NCBI GenBank assembly: GCA_040830765.1
Contig: JBFOMH010000017.1
Coordinates: 64,001-128,000 of the forward strand
Reading direction: 5' to 3'
Source of the DNA: Puniceicoccaceae bacterium
GTDB taxonomy: Bacteria > Verrucomicrobiota > Verrucomicrobiia > Opitutales > Oceanipulchritudinaceae
DNA length: 64,000 bases
Shown here: positions 26,416 to 35,121 of the stretch, in pieces
Layout: each line of letters starts with the position of its first letter
How positions within the stretch are numbered: position 1 is the first letter of the stretch
Position numbers and translations under genes: made by a program
Notes under the pieces: model-generated
Databases searched by the model: none
What the model saw: the letters and a program-made list of their open reading frames with translations, nothing else
What the model was told of the DNA's origin: nothing

Positions 26416-28584
26416 CTAGGGCGGCGTGATTGTGGATTTTGGCACGGGAGGAGCGCTGCGGGAGACTTGGCGGACGTAGTCGATTTCCTTGTCAACGTAT
26501 TCAGTGGTCGCTTGCCAGTCGAGTACCTGACCCCGGGCCAGCACTTGCGGGCGGTACTGACTGCTGGCGAGGCGAGCATAGACCCGCCAATCCCGGGCTG
26601 CGTTTTCCAGGTCGCCTATTGCGGCTGCCTGACGTTGGGGATTGCCGGTTTTGCGGAACCAGGCGAGGTGTGTGGCACCACGGATCTTGTCCGCATAGTA
26701 GCGACCCATCCAAGACATTGCTTCGATATCGGTAAGTACGCTCGACAGTTCAGAAGAGATATCCATGGATTGCCGTCTCAAGCGTTCGACACCGTCGAGG
26801 GCTTGATCAGCGAATGCATCCAGGTTTTGGGCTACTTCAAGGGGGTTGCGCGAGTTTTCTGCTCCGGGATGATCGGCTTGGGCGAGGAATTCTGGGATGC
26901 TGATTTCCGGGGCTCCACTCATCGGTTCCCCATTTATGAAGTCTTCAACGGTGAGGAAGGGTTCCTTGGCAAAGTGACAGCCTTCGGGCGAGAACATCCA
27001 ATCACCGCGCTTGAAGAAGAAGCGATTGATTTGCGGCATTATTTTCGAGCTATGAGTCCAGGTATCGTAGAGCAAGGAGGGGTCTGCTTCGGGAAAGCGG
27101 TCGTGGAGTGCAGCTTCGAAAAAGCGACGATCAAGGGAGGGGTCATATCCAAGCCTTCCCCAAATCATGAAATTGTACCAGTGGCGGTCGATTTCCATTT
27201 GTCCGCGTTGGGCTTCGTCCAGGAGGGCGAAGTTGCGAGCCCATACGTAGCCATCCGATCCCATGTGAAATCCAATGGTTTGCTCCGGTGGCATGTTCTT
27301 TATCATCGAGCGGGCGTAGGAAGGATCACCCCAGCGAAGGCAATAAAGGTCGTCGTTGCGCAGATTCCACCAAGCTTTAATGCGGTTCTGTCGCATGTCC
27401 TCAATCAGAGGATCAGCAAAGATCGGGTTGGGCATGGAGTGGATACGCGCTTTGGCATATTTGAAGCTTGTGTCAAAGGGACCCGGGTAGTCCGTAAAAG
27501 CGTCGAGAACAGGCTTGAGCCCGGTTTGCCAATCTCGATGGATGAATCGGACCTGCCGGTCCGGTTGCAGTTTGACAACATCCTGGACGGGCACCCCGTA
27601 GGCATCCCAAAGCCATGCTTCCTTGGCTTCGTTGTTGGGAAACTGTTTCATCTTCTCGCCGGCTGTGACGCCGATGCCAGCCAAGTCTGGATAGGCAAGC
27701 AAGGTTTCGCGAACACTGGAGCGGAGGTAATCGATGGTTATCGCGTTGTCGGGCGATGCGTCGATGCCGTATTTGCCATAAGCTCCATCCAGATGAACGT
27801 TCCAGGTGATAATGAAAAACTGGATACCGCGATCCTTGGCGTAGGCCATGACTTTACGCCAAAAGGCGATTTTTTCCTCAATGGTGATTTCCTTGAGGAT
27901 GACGAGATTATCCAGCACCTCTTGAGCGACATAGCGAGGGTGATAGTCCAAGGGGTAACGGTAGGTTGTGCCGCAGACATCGTTGAGGGCGACCTTTGGA
28001 TAGTCCTCCAGTTTAACCAATGAGGGAAAGGGATGCGGGTTCCACAAGGTAATGGCGTTGTACCGGAAGCGAGCCATCGCGTCCAATTGTGCTGTCCAGA
28101 AATCGAAGTCCCACATGGTTTCGATATTCCACTTGGCGGAATCGCCGGTATCATCGTAGCTTGGCGTACGGGCATCTAGCGGGAAATTAATTTTAAGAGC
28201 CCGGAATTCGAGATAGGGTGACGCAGATTGGGATCGAATCCGGTCAATGTTCTGTTTGAATTGAATCGATTCGGCAAGGGCCAAGCCACCATACATCAAG
28301 CCTGCCGGGTCGCCTCCATAGAGGGTGAAGTGTCCAGCTCCGTTCGCCTCGATACGATAGGCTTCGGCTTGGAGTCCACTATCCTCGACAAAGCGCACAT
28401 TGAGCGATGTGTAATCGGATTCGACGGAGGTGGCGGCTTGCTTCAACTCGCCCAGGGCAAAGTTCACTTGCGGAGAGAGACAATCGCCGGAAGCATTAAT
28501 TTCAGTGGCCTTGGCTGGAGTTATGGTGAGAGACGCGACGAGCGCAGCGAAGCTCACGGAAAATTTCCCGATCGTAGTAGGCAT
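26416..28584 (-). CDS. Secreted putative glycoside hydrolase (GH20/GH67/GH115-type N-terminal domain)
   Basis: Signal peptide, EAYRI..GGDPAGLMYGGL, LDAMARFRYN, GVTAGE, RWGDP. Confidence 0.65.
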   Translation of the reverse strand: MPTTIGKFSVSFAALVASLTITPAKATEINASGDCLSPQVNFALGELKQAATSVESDYTSLNVRFVEDSGLQAEAYRIEANGAGHFTLYGGDPAGLMYGGLALAESIQFKQNIDRIRSQSASPYLEFRALKINFPLDARTPSYDDTGDSAKWNIETMWDFDFWTAQLDAMARFRYNAITLWNPHPFPSLVKLEDYPKVALNDVCGTTYRYPLDYHPRYVAQEVLDNLVILKEITIEEKIAFWRKVMAYAKDRGIQFFIITWNVHLDGAYGKYGIDASPDNAITIDYLRSSVRETLLAYPDLAGIGVTAGEKMKQFPNNEAKEAWLWDAYGVPVQDVVKLQPDRQVRFIHRDWQTGLKPVLDAFTDYPGPFDTSFKYAKARIHSMPNPIFADPLIEDMRQNRIKAWWNLRNDDLYCLRWGDPSYARSMIKNMPPEQTIGFHMGSDGYVWARNFALLDEAQRGQMEIDRHWYNFMIWGRLGYDPSLDRRFFEAALHDRFPEADPSLLYDTWTHSSKIMPQINRFFFKRGDWMFSPEGCHFAKEPFLTVEDFINGEPMSGAPEISIPEFLAQADHPGAENSRNPLEVAQNLDAFADQALDGVERLRRQSMDISSELSSVLTDIEAMSWMGRYYADKIRGATHLAWFRKTGNPQRQAAAIGDLENAARDWRVYARLASSQYRPQVLARGQVLDWQATTEYVDKEIDYVRQVSRSAPPVPKSTITPP

Positions 28585-28813
28585 AGTAGTTAATGAGGTA
28601 GTTTCCGGTTCGTTCTGTATAAAAGTTATTCTTGGCTGGTCTTCTCGTAAGGATCCAAGGGATCCATGGAGTCGTGGCCATCAGATAAGGTCTTATTTGG
28701 CAAACGTGGAGAGCGCTTGCAAGTTTAGAGGATATTGCCCATCAATATTTTGGAGGTGGGACCCGCAGGCCAAACTGAACTGGGACTTGCCAATTAACGC
28801 CTTACGAAATCCA

Positions 28814-28837
28814 GTTCGAATCCCTCCTTCTCCACTA
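28814..28837 (+). other. Degenerate tRNA-Ser-like 3' fragment (older att site)
   Basis: GTTCGAATCCCTCCTTCTCCACTA aligns without gaps to 24158-24181 and retains a canonical GTTCGAAT T-loop. Confidence 0.55.
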
Positions 28838-28947
28838 TTAGACTAGCGCGTGGCACCCCAAGGCGCCCGTTTCTCCTAATAACTCGACACTAGGGCGTGG
28901 GTTGGCCATGATTCAGTTCGCAAGCAGCTGAAACCATTCGTTATACA

Positions 28948-30273
28948 ATGACTTTCCGATTCATCGAACGGTACCTGAAAAAGAATTTTCCGTCGTTCGT
29001 TATTGGATTCACCTGTGCGGCAATGGCGACGGGGGCATCCCCTTCCACCAATCCCACTCCCGAAGACTGGGGAATGGGAATGGTATATCGCGTAGCATCG
29101 ATTCCCTACATTGGATCTGAGGACTATATTGGGAGCTTCGTTCCGGTCCTGTTTTTTGAGGATGATCTGTTTTTTCTCCGCGGCACATCCGGTGGAATCA
29201 CACCCCTGCGCTGGGAGAGTTGGGAACTCAGCCTGTTGGGCCGCTTCCGCTTCATGGACCTGCCCGATGACCTGGTTGAGAAGAAATTCGCCGATGACCT
29301 GTTCATGGGTGCTCAACTGCGTTATAAACTGGGTGACTGGCAGCGCATCGACCTTGAGGCCCTCGCAGATTCCCATGGTCGCATGGTAACCAATCTCCGC
29401 TGGTCCGGACGGATCACCTCCACGGAGTGGCAACTGCAGCCCTACCTGCAAGCCCAATTCAAGAGCAAGAAGATGAACAGTTTCTACTATGGGCTGGACC
29501 AGCAGGCGCTGGAGCAGGGATATGAGTTCTCTGCAGGTCTACAGGCCCGCTACCATTTATTCAGAAATCTATACATGCTCGGGTCGGCGGGGGTTACCTA
29601 CCTCGACGAGGAAACAACCCGAAGTGTCTTTGTCGAGGACTCGTGGGCTACCGAGGTTTCCATTGGCTTTTCCATCGGCCATGACCCTGGCTATGTCAGC
29701 CTTCCCCGTGAAGAGGATGGACCGCGACCCTACATCCGTGTTGCACACGGTCTCGGCAACCTGTCCAACTTCCTCGAGATTCTCAGTGCTGACATCAAGA
29801 GGGATCCATACAATAATCAGCTCACTTCAGTATTCTACGGATTTCCCCTTGCCGATTCCCTGTTCGGCCTGCCAGTTGATACCTACCTCACCGCTGGAGC
29901 CGCATGGCACTGGGAAAGCGAAGTTCAGGATTCCGGCCAGGAGCTGATCCTTGCCTTCAAGTTTTACTACACCGTGCCCCTGCCGTGGCGGGTCCGCATC
30001 GGATTCGCCGAGGGGATTTCCTACATCACCGAGCCGACCTATATCGAATATGTGAACATCGAGGAGGATCAGTTAGAGCCCGTCAACTGGCAGAATTATC
30101 TGGATTTCTCAGTGGATGTAAATCTGGGTGACGTCTTTACCGACTCACTTGACCGGTTCTGGCTGGGCTTCGGGGTGCATCACCGGTCAGCCATCTTTGG
30201 CAACTCCCAGCAATTCGGTCGCTCCAACGCCGGCAGCAACTACAATACGCTCTACCTTCAGATCGATCTATAG
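28948..30273 (+). CDS. MipA/OmpV-family outer membrane protein with second C-terminal barrel
   Basis: N-terminal MipA-like half (NSFYYG, SVFVED); C-terminal half with GFAEGISY, NYLDFS, HHRSAIFG and GSNYN. Confidence 0.8.
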   Translation: MTFRFIERYLKKNFPSFVIGFTCAAMATGASPSTNPTPEDWGMGMVYRVASIPYIGSEDYIGSFVPVLFFEDDLFFLRGTSGGITPLRWESWELSLLGRFRFMDLPDDLVEKKFADDLFMGAQLRYKLGDWQRIDLEALADSHGRMVTNLRWSGRITSTEWQLQPYLQAQFKSKKMNSFYYGLDQQALEQGYEFSAGLQARYHLFRNLYMLGSAGVTYLDEETTRSVFVEDSWATEVSIGFSIGHDPGYVSLPREEDGPRPYIRVAHGLGNLSNFLEILSADIKRDPYNNQLTSVFYGFPLADSLFGLPVDTYLTAGAAWHWESEVQDSGQELILAFKFYYTVPLPWRVRIGFAEGISYITEPTYIEYVNIEEDQLEPVNWQNYLDFSVDVNLGDVFTDSLDRFWLGFGVHHRSAIFGNSQQFGRSNAGSNYNTLYLQIDL

Positions 30274-30459
30274 GAGCCACCTCAACCATTCGGATTGCTT
30301 CGAATGATCGCTGTTAAGTGATGCCACTGAAGGGTGATAACGGACTACACCAAATTACCAACTAGAGCTGAGCTCAGATTTTAACTGTGACAGTGATGCT
30401 CCTGTTGCAGGCAAAATATACAGTTGCCTAGGACACTGACATAACTAAGTTCCAAGTAC

Positions 30460-30747
30460 ATGGTCGGAAGAAGACAGTTTGTGCGAGCTGGATTTTTGGC
30501 GGGTTTGTCGACCCTCTTGCCGACGGTTGCTTTTGCCAGCCGGTTGGACCGATGGGTGGCTCGTTATGGTGTCGGCCAATTGGAACAGGATGGCACGCTC
30601 ATTCTGCAACTGGAGTTGGACGCAAAACACATGGGCATCGCCTTGGATGAGCTCTCCCGGATGGCGGGTCGACTCTATTGTGATGGTTCCCAAGCCAGAT
30701 GCCAGTTGGAAGGAAAACAGGTTCTCTTGAACCTGAGAATCAGTTGA
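30460..30747 (+). CDS. Small hypothetical protein with Tat-like signal
   Basis: GRRQFV followed by a hydrophobic stretch and AFA. Confidence 0.5.
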   Translation: MVGRRQFVRAGFLAGLSTLLPTVAFASRLDRWVARYGVGQLEQDGTLILQLELDAKHMGIALDELSRMAGRLYCDGSQARCQLEGKQVLLNLRIS

Positions 30748-31039
30748 CGGTGACCTGCATGCAATGCTGCAGATAAGGGGAGGCGGTCAAGACTGCTTGA
30801 AAGCCATCCTCAGTTTCGAGGCGATAGAGACCTTGAACACGGGGACCATCACCCACGTCAAAACAAAGCCAATAGCAGTCGCTTTCCGCCAACTCCTCAA
30901 TCGGTGGCTTGGGCAGCTCCTCGCAATGGGTGAGTCTCCAGTGCATCTGGGATTCCTCATCCACTTCGGTTGCAGTGAACGCAATTCCGATGCGCTCCTT
31001 GAACTCAGAGAATCGTGGTCGATGATCGGGAGCTTCCAT
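30740..31039 (-). CDS. DUF6916-like protein
   Basis: 99 aa with F...IG..F, L.F and QGLYRL pattern; neighbours the tail-collar and GNAT genes. Confidence 0.6.
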   Translation of the reverse strand: MEAPDHRPRFSEFKERIGIAFTATEVDEESQMHWRLTHCEELPKPPIEELAESDCYWLCFDVGDGPRVQGLYRLETEDGFQAVLTASPYLQHCMQVTVN

Positions 31040-31062
31040 GGGCCTGTGGAGGCAATATCAGA

Positions 31063-32304
31063 TCAATCCGCCACCGTGCCGACAATCTGGAAGAAGTAAC
31101 GATCGCTTTCCTCCGAATCCGGTATCGGCAATTCGAAGGGAAACCGATAACTGGCATAATAATCATCAATGGGTTGAATTTCTTCAGGGGTTGTGGAGAT
31201 CACCTGCCACTGCATCAAGTCCGTCGAGACGACCAGGCTATACAGTGCGTGTTGAACCAATCCCTCAAAAAGCAATTCGCCGCCACCCGGCATTCCCGGT
31301 TCGCCTGACATAACTGAAAACATATCCCGAGAGGGGATGGAGCCGTTGTACAAAAACTGGGACAAATAGGTATTTCCTTCCGGTCCAGCTGATTGATCCG
31401 GATCGATGTCCAGGACACTGGAGGCAAATTGCAGCTCCCATTCATCAAGCAGGAAATCCCCATCCAGATCGCCAATCGTGTAGTGCTCGAATCCCCGGCC
31501 ATTACCGGCGATTCCTGAAAAGACAGGGAAGTGGGTCCCGCTGATGAAATTGAGCTGATTGATGCTTCCTGACCCGGAAACCGTACAATACAAAATTCCC
31601 TTGCGGTCGAAATCCAATCCGCGAGGTCCCTGTAGACCGGAAACCATTGTGATCAAGGATGTCCCTTTGAGGAGACTGACTTCACCGAGATCATGACTGG
31701 ATACGTATAAATCCGCGTTGGTAGGGCTTTTGGCGATTCCCCATACCCCTACGTAGGGAATGCTTTCAATAAGCGAGCCGGATCCATCATAGACCCAGAT
31801 GACATCGGCCCCTGAATCCGTGATGTAAATCATGTTGCCATCAACAAGAACGTCATTGGGCCGGATTACTCCGTCGGCCTTGCCGGAAACATGGACCATC
31901 GGTGAACCTCCCCCGGTGGAGATGGATTCCAGTGTATCGGTGGCCGAATCAAGGAAGTAAAGCCGGTCATTCTCAGCATCCAGGTATAGTCCCTTGAATA
32001 TCGCCCCGTCGCGGAAGACAAGGATTTCGGCTGAAGGGGTGTTTTCCCGTGGATCAAAATAGCCGATGTACCCGGCGGTCGGAACAGAATAAAAAACCCG
32101 GTGTCCATCAGGATGCTGCACGATATCCCAGCAATTGATGTTGCCAAAGATCGACTCCACGGGCTCACCGGAGGTAGCTGAACGAATTTCAAACGAGGCC
32201 GGGGAGGCGGCAAAGACGGCACTATCGGGATACGCTGCATTCGATGTGAGGCAGAGGAGCAGAATTCCCAAACACTGGCGTACGCGACTGTTCACACTTG
32301 TCAT
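31063..32304 (-). CDS. Secreted beta-propeller (NHL-like) protein with verrucomicrobial-type C-terminal domain
   Basis: Signal peptide; repeats GLYLD..LYF.D, PNDV..IYITD, GPRGLDFD; then DLDGD..DEWE and YSLVVSTDLMQW...RYFFQI. Confidence 0.7.
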   Translation of the reverse strand: MTSVNSRVRQCLGILLLCLTSNAAYPDSAVFAASPASFEIRSATSGEPVESIFGNINCWDIVQHPDGHRVFYSVPTAGYIGYFDPRENTPSAEILVFRDGAIFKGLYLDAENDRLYFLDSATDTLESISTGGGSPMVHVSGKADGVIRPNDVLVDGNMIYITDSGADVIWVYDGSGSLIESIPYVGVWGIAKSPTNADLYVSSHDLGEVSLLKGTSLITMVSGLQGPRGLDFDRKGILYCTVSGSGSINQLNFISGTHFPVFSGIAGNGRGFEHYTIGDLDGDFLLDEWELQFASSVLDIDPDQSAGPEGNTYLSQFLYNGSIPSRDMFSVMSGEPGMPGGGELLFEGLVQHALYSLVVSTDLMQWQVISTTPEEIQPIDDYYASYRFPFELPIPDSEESDRYFFQIVGTVAD

Positions 32305-32362
32305 CTGCTACGAATCGGCCAAACTGTCAATTTATATCAATCATTAACAAGGGTAATACCTC

Positions 32363-32884
32363 ATGTCAGAGCCGTTCATCGGAGAGATTAAGTTATATGG
32401 ATTCACCTTTGCACCCAGGGGTTGGGCCTTGTGCGATGGCCAGTTGTTGGCAATTGCTCAAAACCAAGCCTTGTTCAGCCTTCTGGGCACCATTTACGGA
32501 GGAGATGGCCGCACAAGCTTTGGATTACCCGACCTGCGCGGAAGGGTGCCCATTCATTTTGGTCAGGGGCCCGGTTTATCAAATCGTCAGCTCGGTCAAA
32601 AAAGTGGGGAAGAGTGGATTACTCTTACCGCCAACCAAATGCCATCCCACAATCACCCCATAGTGACTATTGACGGAGTCGGCGATAAAAAGACGCCGTC
32701 CGGTAATTTTCTTTCCATAGCCAATGACGGGGAGGCCAATTATTCTTCATCCACTGTGGATCCGAAAAGCCAGCTGAGTGGCAGCAGCTCCACGGGAGGA
32801 AACCAAGCCCATTACAACATGCCTCCCTTCCTGACGGTTAATTTCAGCATTGCCCTGACAGGGATTTACCCAAGCAGATCCTAA
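32363..32884 (+). CDS. Phage tail-collar domain protein (microcystin-dependent protein-like)
   Basis: EPFIGEI..F.FAPRGWALCDGQLLAIAQNQALFSLLGTIYGGDGRTSFGLPDLRGR ... HYNMPPFL..NFSIALTGIYP. Confidence 0.92.
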   Translation: MSEPFIGEIKLYGFTFAPRGWALCDGQLLAIAQNQALFSLLGTIYGGDGRTSFGLPDLRGRVPIHFGQGPGLSNRQLGQKSGEEWITLTANQMPSHNHPIVTIDGVGDKKTPSGNFLSIANDGEANYSSSTVDPKSQLSGSSSTGGNQAHYNMPPFLTVNFSIALTGIYPSRS

Positions 32885-32894
32885 TCATAACCCG

Positions 32895-33377
32895 GTGACC
32901 CAGTGGGCAAATGTTACTCTCCGGCCGGAAACGGAGGAGGACAAGTCGTTCCTTCTGGAACTGTTTATTTCCACGAGGGAACAGGCCTTTGGGTTTGGTG
33001 ACTTAAGCCCGACTGACCGGACGCCACTGCTGCGGGAGCAATTTGAACTCCAGCACGGGCAATACAAGCTCTACCCGCATGCCTGGTTTACCATCATCAT
33101 CGTCGCGAACCAACCCGCGGGGCGATTGTACGTTTCGCAGTCGCCCAAGGAGATGCGTGTCATTGATCTTTCACTACTACCTGCTTACCAGAACAAGGGA
33201 ATCGGTTCGCAGTTGCTGAAAAATTTGCAGGCCGAGGCAACCCGCACGCAGCTGCCCCTGCGGCTGTACGTCGATAATCTGAATCCAGCCTACAATTTTT
33301 ATACGCGCCTTGGATTCCGGAGGATCGGCGAAACAGCTTCCCACATCCACATGCAGTGGAACCATGACCAGTGCTAG
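32895..33377 (+). CDS. GNAT acetyltransferase
   Basis: LRP..ED..FL, IDLSLLPAYQNKGIGS, NPAYNFYTRLGF. Confidence 0.88.
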   Translation: MTQWANVTLRPETEEDKSFLLELFISTREQAFGFGDLSPTDRTPLLREQFELQHGQYKLYPHAWFTIIIVANQPAGRLYVSQSPKEMRVIDLSLLPAYQNKGIGSQLLKNLQAEATRTQLPLRLYVDNLNPAYNFYTRLGFRRIGETASHIHMQWNHDQC

Positions 33378-33402
33378 TGCTTCAACCTCGGACCGTGAAT
33401 GG

Positions 33403-34044
33403 CTACTCCCCGGGATTCAATGGCAGGACATAGGCATGCGTATTGCCAGCATCGGTCCTTGTGAATCCGGTTTTCTCCAGATAACTATTGTGAGCCGCAT
33501 TCCCCGCCGAGGCCCGGATGGTTTGGATGTTTTTTGAGCGGAAGAAATCCAGTTTCTCGTTGAAGAGGAACTTGCCTATCTTGAAGTCCCGGTAATTGGG
33601 GATGACATAATCCAAGTCGATGGCGAGAACGCCCTCTTCATCAACGTTGCCCTGTATCAATCCGGCCGGAACCATGTCGCGAAGCACGAACAGTGAGAAG
33701 TTGTGCTGATTGTCGAATCCGTAGGAAGGCTGGTAGGTGGTGATGTGCTTCCTGTAGAATTCGAGGAATTTACGGGTATAGCTGCTCTCTGGATCTACCT
33801 CCAGAAGTTGGAAGTACTCCTTGTCGCGAAAGACCTGAATGAGGAAGTAGATGTTGATAAGGACAATAAATCCATTCATGGCCGCCACGGGGATGGACTC
33901 TATCAGGAGGCCATAGATGGAGAAGGTGAAGGCGCCGATCATGTTCACGATACGGAGTTTCACGATTGCCCGCATCATCAGGGAGATGACGACAAGGAGG
34001 GAGGCTGTGTATCCGATGAGTTCGTAGAGAAGGTGTGTATCCAT
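33403..34044 (-). CDS. YgjV-like membrane domain fused to a GNAT-like domain
   Basis: IGYTASLLVVISLMM..IVKLRIVN TM region; LDYVIPNYRDFKIG and YLEKTGF. Confidence 0.7.
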   Translation of the reverse strand: MDTHLLYELIGYTASLLVVISLMMRAIVKLRIVNMIGAFTFSIYGLLIESIPVAAMNGFIVLINIYFLIQVFRDKEYFQLLEVDPESSYTRKFLEFYRKHITTYQPSYGFDNQHNFSLFVLRDMVPAGLIQGNVDEEGVLAIDLDYVIPNYRDFKIGKFLFNEKLDFFRSKNIQTIRASAGNAAHNSYLEKTGFTRTDAGNTHAYVLPLNPGE

Positions 34045-34229
34045 AAGTGTCTGGACGGAAATTAGCCCCAGACCAGGTCGAGGGCAAACAGATTGGTGCA
34101 TCCGGCACCCATCGGTCACGCGGCGGGAATGGGGCGGGTGATGGCGTGCCAGATGCCGATTTACCATATACTCTCCTTTGCATTTGTGGAGAAGGTCCTC
34201 TTGTTATAAACACAAGACTAGGATTTTCC

Positions 34230-35114
34230 ATGGGCAACGTCGAAGCAGATTACAACGAGGTGGTTACGGCTGATGTGAACGGCCGTTTTCTTCCGCAAAC
34301 GAACATTGAGATTATAAACGAAATGGCTGGTGGCCATCTGCCGGAACATGTTCTCTTTGACTTTGATGGCACACTGAGCCTGGTCCGGGAAGGATGGCCG
34401 GAGGTCATGATCCCGATGATGGTCGAGATCCTGCAGGAGACGGGAACTGGCGAAGACCCCGACCAACTCCACAGTACAGTCGAGACGTTCGTCATGGAAC
34501 TGAACGGGAAACAGACCATCTACCAGATGATCCGCCTGGCTGAGGAAATTCGGCTTCGCGGTGGAACGGGCAAGGATCCGCTTTTCTACAAGAAGCTGTA
34601 CCATGACCGTCTGATGGCCCGTATTCAGGAACGGCGTGAAGGCCTGCGTTCGGGGGCCACAGATCCCGAACAGATGCTGGTTCCGCATTCCCTCGACATA
34701 TTGCGCAATCTTCGCGACCGGGACGTCCAAATGTATATCGCCAGTGGCACGGATGAAACCTACGTCAGGGAAGAGGCGGAACTCCTCGGTTTGACGGAAT
34801 TCTTCGGCGATAACATCCATGGTGCGGTGGATGATTTCAAAAGCTTCAGCAAGGCACAGGTTATTGAAAGGATCCTGGAAACGAACAGGGTCTCGGGCAA
34901 TAAGCTGCTGGGATTCGGCGACGGATATGTTGAAATCCAGAATATCAAGGAACGCCAAGGCATCGCCGTAGCGGTGGCCAGTGACGAATCCGGACGCAGC
35001 GGCAAGCCCGACATGTGGAAACGGAAACGGCTTATCGGCGTAGGTGCGGATATCGTCATTCCCGATTACCGCATGCATGCATCTCTGCTGGAGCTGATCT
35101 GGAATACCAACTGA
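34230..35114 (+). CDS. HAD-superfamily hydrolase
   Basis: LFDFDGTLS, IASGT, SK and FGDG motifs; ATG 34230. Confidence 0.88.
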   Translation: MGNVEADYNEVVTADVNGRFLPQTNIEIINEMAGGHLPEHVLFDFDGTLSLVREGWPEVMIPMMVEILQETGTGEDPDQLHSTVETFVMELNGKQTIYQMIRLAEEIRLRGGTGKDPLFYKKLYHDRLMARIQERREGLRSGATDPEQMLVPHSLDILRNLRDRDVQMYIASGTDETYVREEAELLGLTEFFGDNIHGAVDDFKSFSKAQVIERILETNRVSGNKLLGFGDGYVEIQNIKERQGIAVAVASDESGRSGKPDMWKRKRLIGVGADIVIPDYRMHASLLELIWNTN

Positions 35115-35121
35115 AGCTATC

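Larger units (their letters stand above)
24182..28837. mobile_element. Putative second, older island between two tRNA-Ser fragments
   Basis: Bounded by tRNA 3' fragments at 24161-24181 and 28814-28837; contains a GIY-YIG gene, a transposase remnant and two secreted enzymes. Confidence 0.5.

Noticed and set aside
26467..28023. 518-aa plus-strand ORF
   Set aside because: Antisense shadow of the GH-like gene.
30395..30440. Nested stems upstream of the Tat-signal ORF
   Set aside because: Short stems that are plausible by chance, with no known motif.
32363..32884. Tail-collar gene as part of the prophage
   Set aside because: It lies 27 kb from the tail operon, beyond both att-like fragments, in a GNAT/DUF6916 context.
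34137..34170. Fluoride-riboswitch-like GGTGATGG, or sigma-54 site on the minus strand
   Set aside because: Lacks the downstream pseudoknot partner, and there is no GC at the -12 position.
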